Part shown: positions 25,792-36,581 of the stretch, piece by piece | How the letters are laid out: each line of letters opens with the position of its first letter | Position numbering within the stretch: the first letter of the stretch is position 1 | Assembly (NCBI GenBank): GCA_937886445.1 | Contig: CALGBY010000063.1 | Span: forward strand, 5,267 to 69,266 | Source: an uncultured Clostridia bacterium | GTDB taxonomy: Bacteria > Bacillota > Clostridia > Christensenellales > Aristaeellaceae | Direction of reading: 5' to 3' | Length of the DNA: 64,000 nt | Position numbers and translations under genes: made by a program | Notes under the pieces: model-generated | The model's database searches: none | Seen by the model: only the letters and a program-made list of their open reading frames with translations | What the model was told of the DNA's origin: nothing

Positions 25792-28158
25792 ATGAGAACC
25801 ATTCCGAATGAACACGACGACAATCTTGTACTGCGCTATTCTTCCCCTGCAAAGGTATGGACAGAAGCCCTGCCGCTCGGGAACGGGCGGATCGGCGCGA
25901 TGGTATTCGGTGATGTTTATCACGAAAAGATATCACTGAATGAAGATACGCTTTGGAGCGGCGGCCCGAAGAAAAGAGATTACAGCGGCAATGCTGAACA
26001 CACAAAAGCGGCTGAAGAACTGATGCTTTCCGGAAAGCCGCTTGAGGCACAGCGTGAGTGTGAAAAGAACCTTCTCGGCCCGTTTACCGAAGCATATGAA
26101 CCGCTTGGTGATCTGCATATAAACTTCCGCTATCCTGAGGATCCTGTGAGCGATTATTCACGCACGCTTTCGCTCGAGGATGCTGTATCCTGTGTTTCAT
26201 ATAAGATCGGCGGTAAAAGATACACAAGAGAATGCTTCGTTTCACATCCGGATCAGGCGTTTATCATGCTCTTGACGGGTGATGAACACAGTCTGGATCT
26301 GAATGTATCCTTAAGCAGCGAGCTGATAAAAGATATCCATATAAACGACAATCTTCTGTGTATGGAGGTGACCTGCCCTACCATATCCGTACCCTCCTAT
26401 GTGCCCGGTGTTGAACAGCCGATCGTCTACAGTGATATTCCGTCTGAACGCGGAACAAAGGGATATGCAGCAATCAGGATCCATTCAGACGGTATCATTG
26501 AATTCCTTTCGGATTCTGTTTCAGTCAGCGGAGCCTCCTTCGTATTATTGCAGCTTTGCGTGCGTTCCGATTTTGAATCCTTCAATACACCGCCCTGTCA
26601 CTCCCATATAAACGCGGAAGCATTATGCACGGATGATATGGGCGCGCTCGGAAATGATTTTTCATTTCTCAAAAAACGCCATCTTGATGATTATCACGCG
26701 TTCTTTCTTCGCCAGAATATCACTCTGCCTGCATCAGGTCGTGAAAGAACCGATACCTATGAACGTCTTCGTCTGTTTGCTGAAGACGAAAACGACAGCA
26801 CGCTGCCTGTTTTGCTTTATCAGTTCGGAAGATACCTGATGATATCCGGTTCAAGAGAAAACACCCAGCCGTTGAACCTTCAGGGTATCTGGAACGCCTC
26901 TGTACGCCCCCCGTGGAGCTGCAACTACACAGTCAATATCAATACTGAAATGAATTACTGGCCGGCTGAGATCTGCGCTTTGGGAGACCTGCACCGTCCT
27001 CTGTTTGATCTGATACGCAATATGTCAGAGAACGGAGAGGAAACAGCAAAAGGTATCTTTTGCGCGCGCGGAGCCTGCGCGAATCATAATACCGATATAT
27101 GGGCACATACAAATCCCGTCGGAGAGCACGGGATCAGCAACGGTTTATGGGGATGGTGGCCCATGGCCTTCGGTTGGCTTTGCCGTCACCTTTGGGAACA
27201 CTATGAATACAGCAGAGACGACGCGTTTTTGAAGAATGAAGCATTGCCGATGTTCAGAAAAGCCGCTCTGTTCTTTATTGATACATGCCGCGACGGGAGT
27301 GACGGTTACCGCACCTTCCGCCTTGCCACCAGCCCCGAAAACCGTTATCTTTTGGATGGAAATGAAGTGGCGTTTGCAAAACGCACGGAAATGTGCGATC
27401 AGATCATAAGAGAAAACCTTAAGCACTATCTATATGCACTGACTTATTTGGGATTGGAGCAGCATGAAGCAGATGATGTACTAAAGGCCAGAGAGCTGCT
27501 CTCCCTTCTCCCGCCGACTCAAATCGGCAAAGACGGAAGACTGCTTGAATGGGACAGAGAGCAAACGGAGATAGAACCCACCCACCGTCATATTTCTCAT
27601 CTATACGGGCTGTTTCCCGCTGAAGAGATCGACGTGGCTGATCCGGCGCTGTGTAAAGCCGTACGGCGTTCTCTGGAGGTTCGCGGTGATGAAGGTACAG
27701 GCTGGAGCCTGGGATGGAAGATCAATGTTTACTGCAGGCTGCGTGACGGTGACCATACCCTGAAGCTGATCAAACGGCAGATGATGCTTGTAAACCCGGG
27801 CAATGAAAGCCATGAGCACGGAGGCACCTATCCGAATCTGTTCGATGCTCATCCTCCGTTCCAGATAGACGGTAACTTTGCGATGGCTTCCGGGGTTGCA
27901 AGGATGCTCATAGACAGCAGCATGAACACCGTATATCTGCTTCCTGCTCTGCCTTCCGAATGGAAGGATGTATCTGCATATGGATTATGCGGAGCAAACG
28001 GAACGGTCTTTGGTCTGACCGTCAAAAACGGTGTACTGGTTCGGCTTGAGGCAAAATCCGTATCCGGGACACCCGTTAAGGTAGTATACGGAAGCAAAGA
28101 ATGGCATTGGAAACCACAAAAAGGCGAAACTGTGACAGATCCCGAACAGATCATATGA
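25792..28158 (+). CDS. glycoside hydrolase family 95 (alpha-L-fucosidase-type)
   Basis: N-terminal WTEALPLGNGRIGAMVFG...EKISLNEDTLWSGGP, then LQGIWN, YTVNINTEMNYWP and HRHISHLYGLFP, which are characteristic of GH95. Confidence 0.85.
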   Translation: MRTIPNEHDDNLVLRYSSPAKVWTEALPLGNGRIGAMVFGDVYHEKISLNEDTLWSGGPKKRDYSGNAEHTKAAEELMLSGKPLEAQRECEKNLLGPFTEAYEPLGDLHINFRYPEDPVSDYSRTLSLEDAVSCVSYKIGGKRYTRECFVSHPDQAFIMLLTGDEHSLDLNVSLSSELIKDIHINDNLLCMEVTCPTISVPSYVPGVEQPIVYSDIPSERGTKGYAAIRIHSDGIIEFLSDSVSVSGASFVLLQLCVRSDFESFNTPPCHSHINAEALCTDDMGALGNDFSFLKKRHLDDYHAFFLRQNITLPASGRERTDTYERLRLFAEDENDSTLPVLLYQFGRYLMISGSRENTQPLNLQGIWNASVRPPWSCNYTVNINTEMNYWPAEICALGDLHRPLFDLIRNMSENGEETAKGIFCARGACANHNTDIWAHTNPVGEHGISNGLWGWWPMAFGWLCRHLWEHYEYSRDDAFLKNEALPMFRKAALFFIDTCRDGSDGYRTFRLATSPENRYLLDGNEVAFAKRTEMCDQIIRENLKHYLYALTYLGLEQHEADDVLKARELLSLLPPTQIGKDGRLLEWDREQTEIEPTHRHISHLYGLFPAEEIDVADPALCKAVRRSLEVRGDEGTGWSLGWKINVYCRLRDGDHTLKLIKRQMMLVNPGNESHEHGGTYPNLFDAHPPFQIDGNFAMASGVARMLIDSSMNTVYLLPALPSEWKDVSAYGLCGANGTVFGLTVKNGVLVRLEAKSVSGTPVKVVYGSKEWHWKPQKGETVTDPEQII

Positions 28159-28230
28159 TTTCCGTATGATCATTCGTATCATTCACTAAATGCCAAACTG
28201 TTCTTTTCGTGTTTAAAAACGCGGCTGTAT

Positions 28231-28258
28231 TTCAAACAGGCAATGAAAGTGATATAAT
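28231..28258 (+). promoter_or_regulatory. putative extended -10 promoter
   Basis: TTCAAA, 16 nt spacer, TGATATAAT. Lies 58 nt upstream of the 28316 ATG. Confidence 0.4.
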
Positions 28259-28315
28259 GGCATGTGCCTGTTTGGGGCACTAAGTATATCGTGATTATCA
28301 CAGAACGGAGTAACT

Positions 28316-29518
28316 ATGAGCGATCAAGAAAGAATGACAGGAACTGTATCCCGCGGAATTCGCTGCCCTATTATCCGTCAGGGTGATGACATGGCGTCTA
28401 TCGTAACAGAAAGTGTGCTTGCCGCATCCCAGAATGACGGCTTTTCTCTGCGTGACAGAGATGTTATCGCCGTCACCGAATCTGTTGTAGCACGCGCGCA
28501 GGGCAATTACTGCTCTGTATCAGACATCAGTGCGGATGTGCGTAAAAAGACCGGCGGCGAAACTCTCGGCGTGATCTTCCCCATTCTTTCAAGGAACCGC
28601 TTTGCGGTATGCCTTCGCGGTATTGCCGGAGGCGTCAAAAAGGTTGTGCTGATGCTCAGCTATCCTTCTGACGAGGTCGGCAACGAACTGGTCAGTCTGG
28701 ATCAGCTTGATCTTGCCGGAATTGATCCCTATTCCGATGTGCTTTCATTGGAAAAATACCGCGAGCTGTTCGGCATCAACCGCCATCCCTTTACAGGTGT
28801 CGATTATGTTGAATATTACGGTGATCTGATTCGTGAAAGCGGAGCTGAATGTGAGATCATCTTTGCCAACCAGCCCAGAGCGATCCTGGCTTATACTGAT
28901 TGTGTGCTAACCTGCGACATTCATACCCGCGCAAGAACAAAGCGTATCCTGAAGGCAGCCGGAGCGAAAATCGTACTCGGTCTGGACGATATCATGACGA
29001 CTCCCGTAAACGGAAGCGGATGTAATGAACAATACGGTCTGCTTGGATCCAACAAAAGCGAAGAAGACCGCATCAAGCTGTTCCCGCATAACTGCGATTC
29101 TCTTGTATACGATATCCAGGAGCGCATTTTTGAAAAGACCGGTAAACGTATTGAGGTAATGGTATACGGCGACGGTGCCTTTAAGGATCCGAGAGGAAAG
29201 ATCTGGGAGCTTGCTGATCCGGTCGTCTCCCCGGCTTATACAAAAGGGTTGGAAGGCACGCCGAACGAGTTGAAGCTGAAGTACCTTGCTGACAATGATT
29301 TCAAAGCGCTTTCAGGGGATGATCTTAAAAACGCTATCAAGGAAAGCATTCGTTCAAAGGATAAAGATCTCGTTGGCAACATGGCCTCTGAAGGAACTAC
29401 GCCCCGTCAATTGACCGATCTTATCGGTTCTCTTTGCGATCTGACCAGCGGGAGCGGTGATAAAGGCACGCCTGTTGTGCTGGTGCAGGGTTATTTTGAT
29501 AACTATACCAACGCGTAA
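28316..29518 (+). CDS. F420-0:gamma-glutamyl ligase (CofE)-like domain protein
   Basis: N-terminal region GIRCPIIRQGDD...RDRDVIAVTESVVARAQGNY resembles the PF01996 fold signature. The 400-aa length is typical of the Firmicutes homologues. Assignment is by recollection. Confidence 0.6.
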   Translation: MSDQERMTGTVSRGIRCPIIRQGDDMASIVTESVLAASQNDGFSLRDRDVIAVTESVVARAQGNYCSVSDISADVRKKTGGETLGVIFPILSRNRFAVCLRGIAGGVKKVVLMLSYPSDEVGNELVSLDQLDLAGIDPYSDVLSLEKYRELFGINRHPFTGVDYVEYYGDLIRESGAECEIIFANQPRAILAYTDCVLTCDIHTRARTKRILKAAGAKIVLGLDDIMTTPVNGSGCNEQYGLLGSNKSEEDRIKLFPHNCDSLVYDIQERIFEKTGKRIEVMVYGDGAFKDPRGKIWELADPVVSPAYTKGLEGTPNELKLKYLADNDFKALSGDDLKNAIKESIRSKDKDLVGNMASEGTTPRQLTDLIGSLCDLTSGSGDKGTPVVLVQGYFDNYTNA

Positions 29519-29611
29519 CAGTTGACTATTGTCCTTCTTTCCGACTTTGCCGCGAGTGTCCGGTGATACTCTGAATGCATCATCAATTCCGCATATCCAT
29601 ATATTTGAAAA

Positions 29612-29639
29612 GAGCCGCAATTTTCGCGGCTCGTTTTTC
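29612..29639. terminator. rho-independent terminator (between convergent genes)
   Basis: GAGCCGC-AATTTTC-GCGGCTC followed by GTTTTT, with an A-run upstream. Confidence 0.7.
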
Positions 29640-29704
29640 TGTTGGTTTTCAGGCACTGTCAGGCAGTTCACAAAATACTGCCCCGCCTCCGCCTGTATCG
29701 GTCA

Positions 29705-30433
29705 TCAGTTGCACCGGATGATATCATCACGCAGTCTGTATATCGTTGCACCGTACTTTTTTCTGCAAAAAGCGTCAACAAACCAGTCGATCTCCTTGAC
29801 AGCATTGAACTGAACATAGCCATAACGGATCCCGTCTACTCTCGTCCCCTTCATATTGCTGTCGCACCATGTCACAGTGTCCTTTTCGGGGTCATAATCC
29901 TCGGTAAATACGAGGCTGTGCGCACCGACACCGTAATAGTAGTTTGCGGCCATCTGGAAGTAATCCCCTCTTTGTACCTGCATAAGGAAAGCTCTTGCCT
30001 TCTCACGGTTTTCCGCCTTTGAAAGAGAAGGATCATATCTGAACGTAGCCGCGGCATAGAACGGATTCCCGTCAGCAGCAGGAATATCCTTCCATTCACA
30101 GCCGTATACATACTCCTTACATTCCTCTTTGGGCTTATTGTCAGGAATGACCAGCTTTGTATCCGGAAACTCCGCCATTCTGTACCCGTCAGCATTTTGC
30201 CTAAAAAGGTAAACCGTGAAATTCTTACATATATATATATCTCCGGCATATTGGGCACGCTGTTTTTTACCCTTTGTTTCTTTGAATTTCTGCTCGGCAA
30301 GAGAAATAATGCTGTCGATCAGTTCATCACGCGGTGATTGCTCCTCACCTGATCCGGCAAATGCAAATGAAGACAGAATAGACGACAATACGCAGAGAAA
30401 ACAGGTCGTTATAATTATCCACCTTTTCTTCAT
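29705..30433 (-). CDS. secreted hypothetical protein, possible papain-like Cys/His hydrolase
   Basis: Signal peptide MKKRWIIITTCFLCVLSSILSSFAFA. Candidate catalytic Cys (GDIYICKNFTVYLF) and His (GDYFQMAANYYYGVGAHSLVF) follow NlpC/P60-like order. The family call is weak. Confidence 0.6.
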   Translation of the reverse strand: MKKRWIIITTCFLCVLSSILSSFAFAGSGEEQSPRDELIDSIISLAEQKFKETKGKKQRAQYAGDIYICKNFTVYLFRQNADGYRMAEFPDTKLVIPDNKPKEECKEYVYGCEWKDIPAADGNPFYAAATFRYDPSLSKAENREKARAFLMQVQRGDYFQMAANYYYGVGAHSLVFTEDYDPEKDTVTWCDSNMKGTRVDGIRYGYVQFNAVKEIDWFVDAFCRKKYGATIYRLRDDIIRCN

Positions 30434-30451
30434 AACGGATTCACCCTCCAT

Positions 30452-32341
30452 TTACTTCTCATTCTCAAGGCGTTCACGGTTGCTTTGCAGCATATAAAGG
30501 CTCCAGTATCGTCCCTGCTTCTCAAGCAGCTGCTCGTGGGTTCCCTGCTCAATGATCTCGCCATGCGAAAGTACAATGATATTATCCGCATGCTGAACGG
30601 TAGAAAGCCGGTGTGCTACGATCAGCAAAGTACCGATACTCATCATTTTCTCAAGGCTGTCCTGGATCAGTACCTCCGTTTCCGTATCGATATTTGCTGT
30701 TGCCTCATCCAGGATCATGATCTCCGGTTTATGGATGATCGTGCGTGCAAATGAGATCAATTGCCGTTCACCGGCAGAAAAATTGCTTCCCCGCTCGCGC
30801 ACTTCCTCGTCCAAACCGCCCGGAAGCTTCGCGATCACCTTGTCAGCATTCACATATCTGCATGCTTTCATCACTTCATCATCACTCACATTTTCTTTAC
30901 GCAGCAATATGTTCGATCTGACTGTACCGGAGAAAAGGAATACATCCTGCAGCATCTGCCCGAAGTGACTTCTGAGAGAGGCGATCCTGATAGTAGTGAT
31001 GTCTCTTCCGTCAATAAGGATCTGCCCTTTTTGAATATCATAGTCTCTGCAAAGCAGCGAAAGTATTGTTGTTTTGCCGCTTCCGGTAGCACCGACAAAA
31101 GCCACTGTTTGGCTCGCCTTTACCTTGAAAGATACATTTTTAAGTACCCATTCCTCATCCTTATAGGCAAACCATACATTTTTGAACTCGATATCACCCT
31201 TTACTTCGGTCAGGTCCTGAGCATTTTCACGGTCTGTAACATCGCTTTTTATGTCAAATATCGTAAATATTTTTTCGGCTGAAGCAAATGCGCTCTGAAG
31301 CCAGTTGAACATATCCGCAAGATTCTGTATAGGGTTGAAAAACTTGTTGATATACATATAGAAAGTTACGATCACACCGCCTGTGATCGATTGCCCGAGG
31401 AAGCGGGAGCCGTCCAAAGCGCCGGTGCTGCCCAGATAGAACAGCGCAAGAACGGTGCTCAGATACAGCATGATAACAAGCGGTCTGAAAATGCCGAATA
31501 CAATGATCTGCTTGCGTTTTGCGTTGCGCAGATTCATATTCTTTTCTTCAAATTCCTTTTGTTTTTGTTCCTCACGGTTAAAAATCTGAATGATCTTCAT
31601 ACCGGACAGATGCTCAGAAAGATAGGTATTGATATCGGTAGTACCATCCTTGACCTTACGATATGCTTTTCTGGTAAATTTTCTGAAAATGATGGTAAAC
31701 AAAACGATAAACGGCACAAAGCACAGTACCATCAATGTCAGTTCAAGGTTGACTGCCAGCATAGCCGCCAAAACACCGATGATAATAAACACATTTTTCA
31801 CAAGGTTCACCAGAATATTGGTAAACATCATCGAAATCGCGTTTGTATCATTCGTTATACGGGTAACGAGCTTGCCTACAGGGATCGCATTCAGCTGCGC
31901 GTGGCTTAAGCCTTCAATATGCTCAAACAGATCAAGCCTGATACTGCTCAGTATTTTCTGCCCTATTTTCTGAAGCAGCAGCGCCTGGCAATAGCCGCAC
32001 ACCAGTGATACCGCCAGAACAGAAGCATATACCACTACCATTCCGATCAGCCGTGAAAGATTTTCCTCGTTCTGTGTTTTGACCAGTTCCTCAAGTTCGC
32101 CTACAAGAAGCGGGGATATGATATCATAGGATATCGCGACGATCAGAAACAGAAAGACCGCGAGAAAGCTTTTCCAATGAGGTTTCGCGTAGTGGATCAG
32201 CCTTCTGATCAGCTCTGTATCCTTCATATTACGGTCAAAGCCGATCGCCTCTTTGCGATTTTTGATGGAAAAAAACGCGATAATGAATATTCCGGATATC
32301 GTTCCGATCAACGCACCGACAAGCAGCAAAGGATTGACCAT
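30452..32341 (-). CDS. ABC exporter, fused permease/ATPase (ABCB type)
   Basis: Six-TM N-terminal half, Walker A GATGSGKTT, signature FSAGERQL and Walker B IMILDEAT. Confidence 0.9.
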   Translation of the reverse strand: MVNPLLLVGALIGTISGIFIIAFFSIKNRKEAIGFDRNMKDTELIRRLIHYAKPHWKSFLAVFLFLIVAISYDIISPLLVGELEELVKTQNEENLSRLIGMVVVYASVLAVSLVCGYCQALLLQKIGQKILSSIRLDLFEHIEGLSHAQLNAIPVGKLVTRITNDTNAISMMFTNILVNLVKNVFIIIGVLAAMLAVNLELTLMVLCFVPFIVLFTIIFRKFTRKAYRKVKDGTTDINTYLSEHLSGMKIIQIFNREEQKQKEFEEKNMNLRNAKRKQIIVFGIFRPLVIMLYLSTVLALFYLGSTGALDGSRFLGQSITGGVIVTFYMYINKFFNPIQNLADMFNWLQSAFASAEKIFTIFDIKSDVTDRENAQDLTEVKGDIEFKNVWFAYKDEEWVLKNVSFKVKASQTVAFVGATGSGKTTILSLLCRDYDIQKGQILIDGRDITTIRIASLRSHFGQMLQDVFLFSGTVRSNILLRKENVSDDEVMKACRYVNADKVIAKLPGGLDEEVRERGSNFSAGERQLISFARTIIHKPEIMILDEATANIDTETEVLIQDSLEKMMSIGTLLIVAHRLSTVQHADNIIVLSHGEIIEQGTHEQLLEKQGRYWSLYMLQSNRERLENEK

Positions 32342-34144
32342 TTATTTATCCTCCTTCGCGATATCATCAAGCTTCTGCAGATCCACCATGTTTCTGTATT
32401 CATTGCAGCTGCTGTACAACTCTTCGTGTTTTCCGGAGGCTATCACCATGCCGTCTTTCATAAACAGGATCTTATCCATCTTTTCGATCGTAGTGATACG
32501 GTGCGCGATCAGAATGGTCGTCTTTCCGTTTCTGGTGTCCTTCAGGTTTTTCAGTATTTTCTTCTCCGTATCCACATCCACCGCGCTCACGCTGTCATCC
32601 AGGATCAGGATCGGTGCTTTCTTCATCAACGCCCTTGCGATCGAAATGCGCTGCTTCTGACCGCCTGAAACAGTCACTCCCCTTTCACCGAGTACCGTTT
32701 CGTATTTTGCTGTGAAATCCTCAATATTTTCATGCACATCAGCAAGCCTTGCCGCGTTTTCTATCTCATCCTTATCGGAAGTATCGGATGCAAATGAAAT
32801 GTTCCTTGCCACGGTATCACTGAACAGAAAATTATCCTGCGGTACATAAGCTGAGGCAGCCCTTACTGTTCTGATAGGAATGGTGTTTACATCCTTGCCG
32901 TCAATAAACAGTGTGCCGTCGGGCACATTATATGTTCTCAAGATCAAATCGACCAGCGTAGTTTTTCCGCATCCGGTTTTTCCGATGATCCCGACATTTT
33001 CACCGGCTGCGATTTTGAAAGATACATTTTTCAACGTATCTGTTTCTGCTCCGGGATAACGGAAGGTAAGGTTTTTGAATTCAATATCTCCCCGGATGTC
33101 ACTGATATCATTCACAGTTTCAGCATCCCTGACATCAGGTTCCTGATCAAGCAGCTGACTGATCCTGTTCAAACTCGCGCGTCCGCGGCTTCTCATTTCG
33201 ATCAGCTGGCTGATGGCCATTACAGGCCACACGACGGAAAGGAAGTAGCCGATAAACTGAACAAGATCACCTGCGTTGAATTCGCCCTTCAGTACAAGAT
33301 ATCCGCCGTATCCATATATTATGCACAAAACCGATTCAACGAGAAAGGTTACGCAGATATTCATTTTTGTAGACAGCTTGGTGTATTCAATGTTCGCGAT
33401 CTCGTTCTCTTTATTCAGTTTACCAAACGCAAGCAGTTCCTTCGTTTCCTTTACGAAGGCCTTGATAACGGCTATGCCTGAAAAACTCTCCTGACTGAAA
33501 TCAGAGAGCATCGAAAACGCTTCCTGTCTTGTCTCCCATTTTTTTGTAAGATATTTTCCGAGAATGATGCTGGAGGAAAGCAGCAATGTAAGCGGAATGA
33601 GTGTGAACAGCGTAAGAAGCAGGTTTTGGCCAGCCATCTTGATCAATGCCATACCGCCCAAAAATGTAGCGTCACAAAGCATCAAAATACCGCTTCCGAA
33701 GCAATCCTGAACGGTTTCAAGATCGTTTGTAAAGAGGCTCATCAAATCGCCCACTTTACTGTGCTGATAATAGTTTTGGCTCAGCCCTTTCAGCCTGTCG
33801 AACATCCTGCTGCGCAGCCCGGTCTCAACATTGATCGCGCTTCCGAAGAAGCATATTCTCCAAATAAACCGGCACGCGGTCATACAAAGAACGATCAGCA
33901 GCATCGGATAGCATATTTTCTTATAGATGAATTCAATATCAAAAGCGGTTTTCTGACCGTTTACGATGATCATATTTTCATAATTGCCTTTATCCATCAA
34001 GGCATTTATACCGTTGACCACATAATTATAGTATTCTGGTATTTTCAACTGCAGATAATCGACAACTACAAGCACCAATACGCCGAGAAGCAGTACCGGA
34101 GCATATTTCAGATAATACCTGTTAATGTGTTTACCGAAAAGCAT
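32342..34144 (-). CDS. ABC exporter, fused permease/ATPase (partner subunit)
   Basis: Walker A GKTGCGKTT, signature VSGGQKQR and Walker B ILILDDSVSAVD. Its stop abuts the partner's start codon. The ATG at 34144 follows GAGGTGG. Confidence 0.9.
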   Translation of the reverse strand: MLFGKHINRYYLKYAPVLLLGVLVLVVVDYLQLKIPEYYNYVVNGINALMDKGNYENMIIVNGQKTAFDIEFIYKKICYPMLLIVLCMTACRFIWRICFFGSAINVETGLRSRMFDRLKGLSQNYYQHSKVGDLMSLFTNDLETVQDCFGSGILMLCDATFLGGMALIKMAGQNLLLTLFTLIPLTLLLSSSIILGKYLTKKWETRQEAFSMLSDFSQESFSGIAVIKAFVKETKELLAFGKLNKENEIANIEYTKLSTKMNICVTFLVESVLCIIYGYGGYLVLKGEFNAGDLVQFIGYFLSVVWPVMAISQLIEMRSRGRASLNRISQLLDQEPDVRDAETVNDISDIRGDIEFKNLTFRYPGAETDTLKNVSFKIAAGENVGIIGKTGCGKTTLVDLILRTYNVPDGTLFIDGKDVNTIPIRTVRAASAYVPQDNFLFSDTVARNISFASDTSDKDEIENAARLADVHENIEDFTAKYETVLGERGVTVSGGQKQRISIARALMKKAPILILDDSVSAVDVDTEKKILKNLKDTRNGKTTILIAHRITTIEKMDKILFMKDGMVIASGKHEELYSSCNEYRNMVDLQKLDDIAKEDK

Positions 34145-34291
34145 AATCCACCTCATATCGATGTTAAGCGAAAACCGCATAATGGATTATACATCATTTG
34201 CCCGTATTCAACAACAGTTTGACAACTGATTTATGTAAAAAGCGGTTGAAAAACAAAAGAAGCCCGATTCACAGGCTCCTGATGTATTCCC

Positions 34292-34831
34292 TTATTCACC
34301 GGTTTTCCAACCGACCGCCACTCCCCATATACCGGATAAACGCCAGCTTACATGATCAAAGCCGGTGCTCTCCATCAGACGCATCAGTTCTTTCTTTTCC
34401 GGGTATATATCTTTCTTTCCGCAAAAAATCTTGGTAAGGATCACTGCCTGTCCGCCCGGCTTCAATACTCTGTTTGTTTCGCATAGTACTCTTTCAGCGT
34501 TTTCCTTCTTTATCAGTTCACCTGCAAGCACAGCGTCAAAAGCGCCGTCCCGCCAGGGAATGTCATCAGGCTCTGCGAAAACGATATCGCTGTTATAAAG
34601 TCTTTCACGCAGTTCACGCGAATACTGTACATCCTGACAGATCCCGCACACATTCAATCTCAGCTTTTCACATAGAGCTGAAAGGAGCGCGCCATCACGG
34701 CAAAAAAGATCCAGCACACTGTCATGCTCCTCCAGCGTAGCCCAATTCATAACAGCCCTCATGCCGGATGTAAGTCGATTCTTTTTCTCTTTGATTTCTG
34801 TATTTTGCCAACCGCTCGTCTTTGTTATCAT
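34292..34831 (-). CDS. class I SAM-dependent methyltransferase
   Basis: VLDLFCRDGALL (motif I), FDAVLAGELI and LKPGGQAVIL. Confidence 0.8.
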   Translation of the reverse strand: MITKTSGWQNTEIKEKKNRLTSGMRAVMNWATLEEHDSVLDLFCRDGALLSALCEKLRLNVCGICQDVQYSRELRERLYNSDIVFAEPDDIPWRDGAFDAVLAGELIKKENAERVLCETNRVLKPGGQAVILTKIFCGKKDIYPEKKELMRLMESTGFDHVSWRLSGIWGVAVGWKTGE

Positions 34832-35043
34832 TGCAGTACTTCCCCGTCAATAATCATTACATCATAATTATAACACACTTTCGTAATATTTCAACCTTTT
34901 CTTAACAATTTCTTAATATATTTTGTCATCAACATATTCTGAAGCGATTGATCACATTATTTGCAAAAATTCTGAAATATCGCGTTCGTATAATGTACAT
35001 TGTGATATAATCAGTAACGAATCATATTGCACCCGGAGGAACC

Positions 35044-36438
35044 ATGTCCGCAATGAATTTGAATCAGGCTCATAACAGAGCAGAGGATTTGGAAAACAGA
35101 TATTATTCAAATATTCTTCGTCTTGCCTGGCCCGCCTCTCTTGAAGGAGCGCTTCTCAGTATCATCAGCTCCGTTGACACGGTCATGGTCAAGGCGGTAG
35201 GTGAAAACGCGATCGCCTCTGTATCTCTGACTGTACAGCCGAGAATGATCCTGCTGATCATTGCGCAGGCGCTGTGCGTAGGAACTACAGCCCTGATCGC
35301 CAGAAGGAAAGGTGAAAATGACCGGGAAAGCGCTAATGCCGTCCTTTCCCAAAGCATGCTGATCATATCTGCGATCGGCATCGTCATTACGCTATGCGGT
35401 TGCCTGCTGGCTGAACCGATCATGATCCTTTCCGGTGCGAACGAAGACACGCTTGCTCTTTCTGTGGATTATTTTCGCATTATATCCATGGGATTGATCC
35501 CTAACTGCTGGAATCTTTGCTTATGCGCCGCTCTTCGCGCAACAGGCAACACGAGGATCACCATGGTCACCAATATCACCGCTAATCTTGTCAATGTATT
35601 TTTCAACTATTGCCTTATTTCAGGCCGCCTGGGGTTCCGGGCTATGGGCGTCAAAGGCGCAGCGATCGCAACTGATATCGGAACCGTTATCGCCTGTCTG
35701 ATCAGCTTAGTCTATGTCTTGCGTAAAGGCGGATATCTTCGTCTGAGCTTCAGAAAATTCTCCTTTGACCGGCGAACACTGTCCGGTCTTTTGAAAGTCG
35801 GTTCATCTTCTGTAGCGGAAAGTGCATTTCTGCGTATCGGTTTTTTCATCAACACGAGAATGATCGCCGATTTGGGAACGATCCCGCTGACTGCCTATAC
35901 TATCGTTCAGCAGGTCACGTCTCTTTCCTTTACTGTCGGCGATGGTATAGCTACTGCAGGTGCAACGATGATCGGCTTGTCTCTCGGAGAAAACAGAAAG
36001 GACAAAGCATCAGCCTATGTCAGAACATGCCGCGTCATCTCGCTGTTTGCCTCCGTGCTTCTGATGGCAATTATCTTCTTCCTGAGAAATACGCTTGCCG
36101 GTATATTCTCTGATGACAGCGTTGTCATCGCCGGAGCATCCGCGGCATTTATCGCCGCCATTGTCGGAATGATCCCGCAAAACGCGCGTGTAGTTTACTC
36201 CGGCTGCCTTCGCGGGGCCGGCGATGTAAAGTATGTAGCAATATGCTGTATGATCAGCGTAACACTTATCCGTCCGTTTTTCACCTGGCTATGCTGCTAT
36301 CCGATCAACTCTGCATTTCCCGATCTTCTCTTTGTCTATACCGGGCCGTGGATCGCTTTTCTGATCGATGCGATCGTCCGGCAGATACTTCTTTTCCTGC
36401 GCATCAAAAAAGGTAAATGGCTGAATATCGCGCTGTAA
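35044..36438 (+). CDS. MATE-family efflux transporter
   Basis: A 464-aa protein with a 12-TM pattern. The N-terminal ILRLAWPASLEGALLSIISSVDTVMV is typical of MATE. Confidence 0.9.
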   Translation: MSAMNLNQAHNRAEDLENRYYSNILRLAWPASLEGALLSIISSVDTVMVKAVGENAIASVSLTVQPRMILLIIAQALCVGTTALIARRKGENDRESANAVLSQSMLIISAIGIVITLCGCLLAEPIMILSGANEDTLALSVDYFRIISMGLIPNCWNLCLCAALRATGNTRITMVTNITANLVNVFFNYCLISGRLGFRAMGVKGAAIATDIGTVIACLISLVYVLRKGGYLRLSFRKFSFDRRTLSGLLKVGSSSVAESAFLRIGFFINTRMIADLGTIPLTAYTIVQQVTSLSFTVGDGIATAGATMIGLSLGENRKDKASAYVRTCRVISLFASVLLMAIIFFLRNTLAGIFSDDSVVIAGASAAFIAAIVGMIPQNARVVYSGCLRGAGDVKYVAICCMISVTLIRPFFTWLCCYPINSAFPDLLFVYTGPWIAFLIDAIVRQILLFLRIKKGKWLNIAL

Positions 36439-36476
36439 GACTCACATAACTTTATTATAATATTGAAGAAAAATGC

Positions 36477-36505
36477 TTGCTTTTACCGCATGCCTGTGTT
36501 ATAAT
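36477..36505 (+). promoter_or_regulatory. putative promoter of tRNA-Ala
   Basis: TTGCTT, 17 nt spacer, TATAAT with an upstream TGT. Confidence 0.5.
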
Positions 36506-36581
36506 GCTTTCCGTGGTCAAAACCACGCTGCCTTATCAGGACGAGCGAATAAGACCAGCTCGTAAAAAACGGTCGATATAC

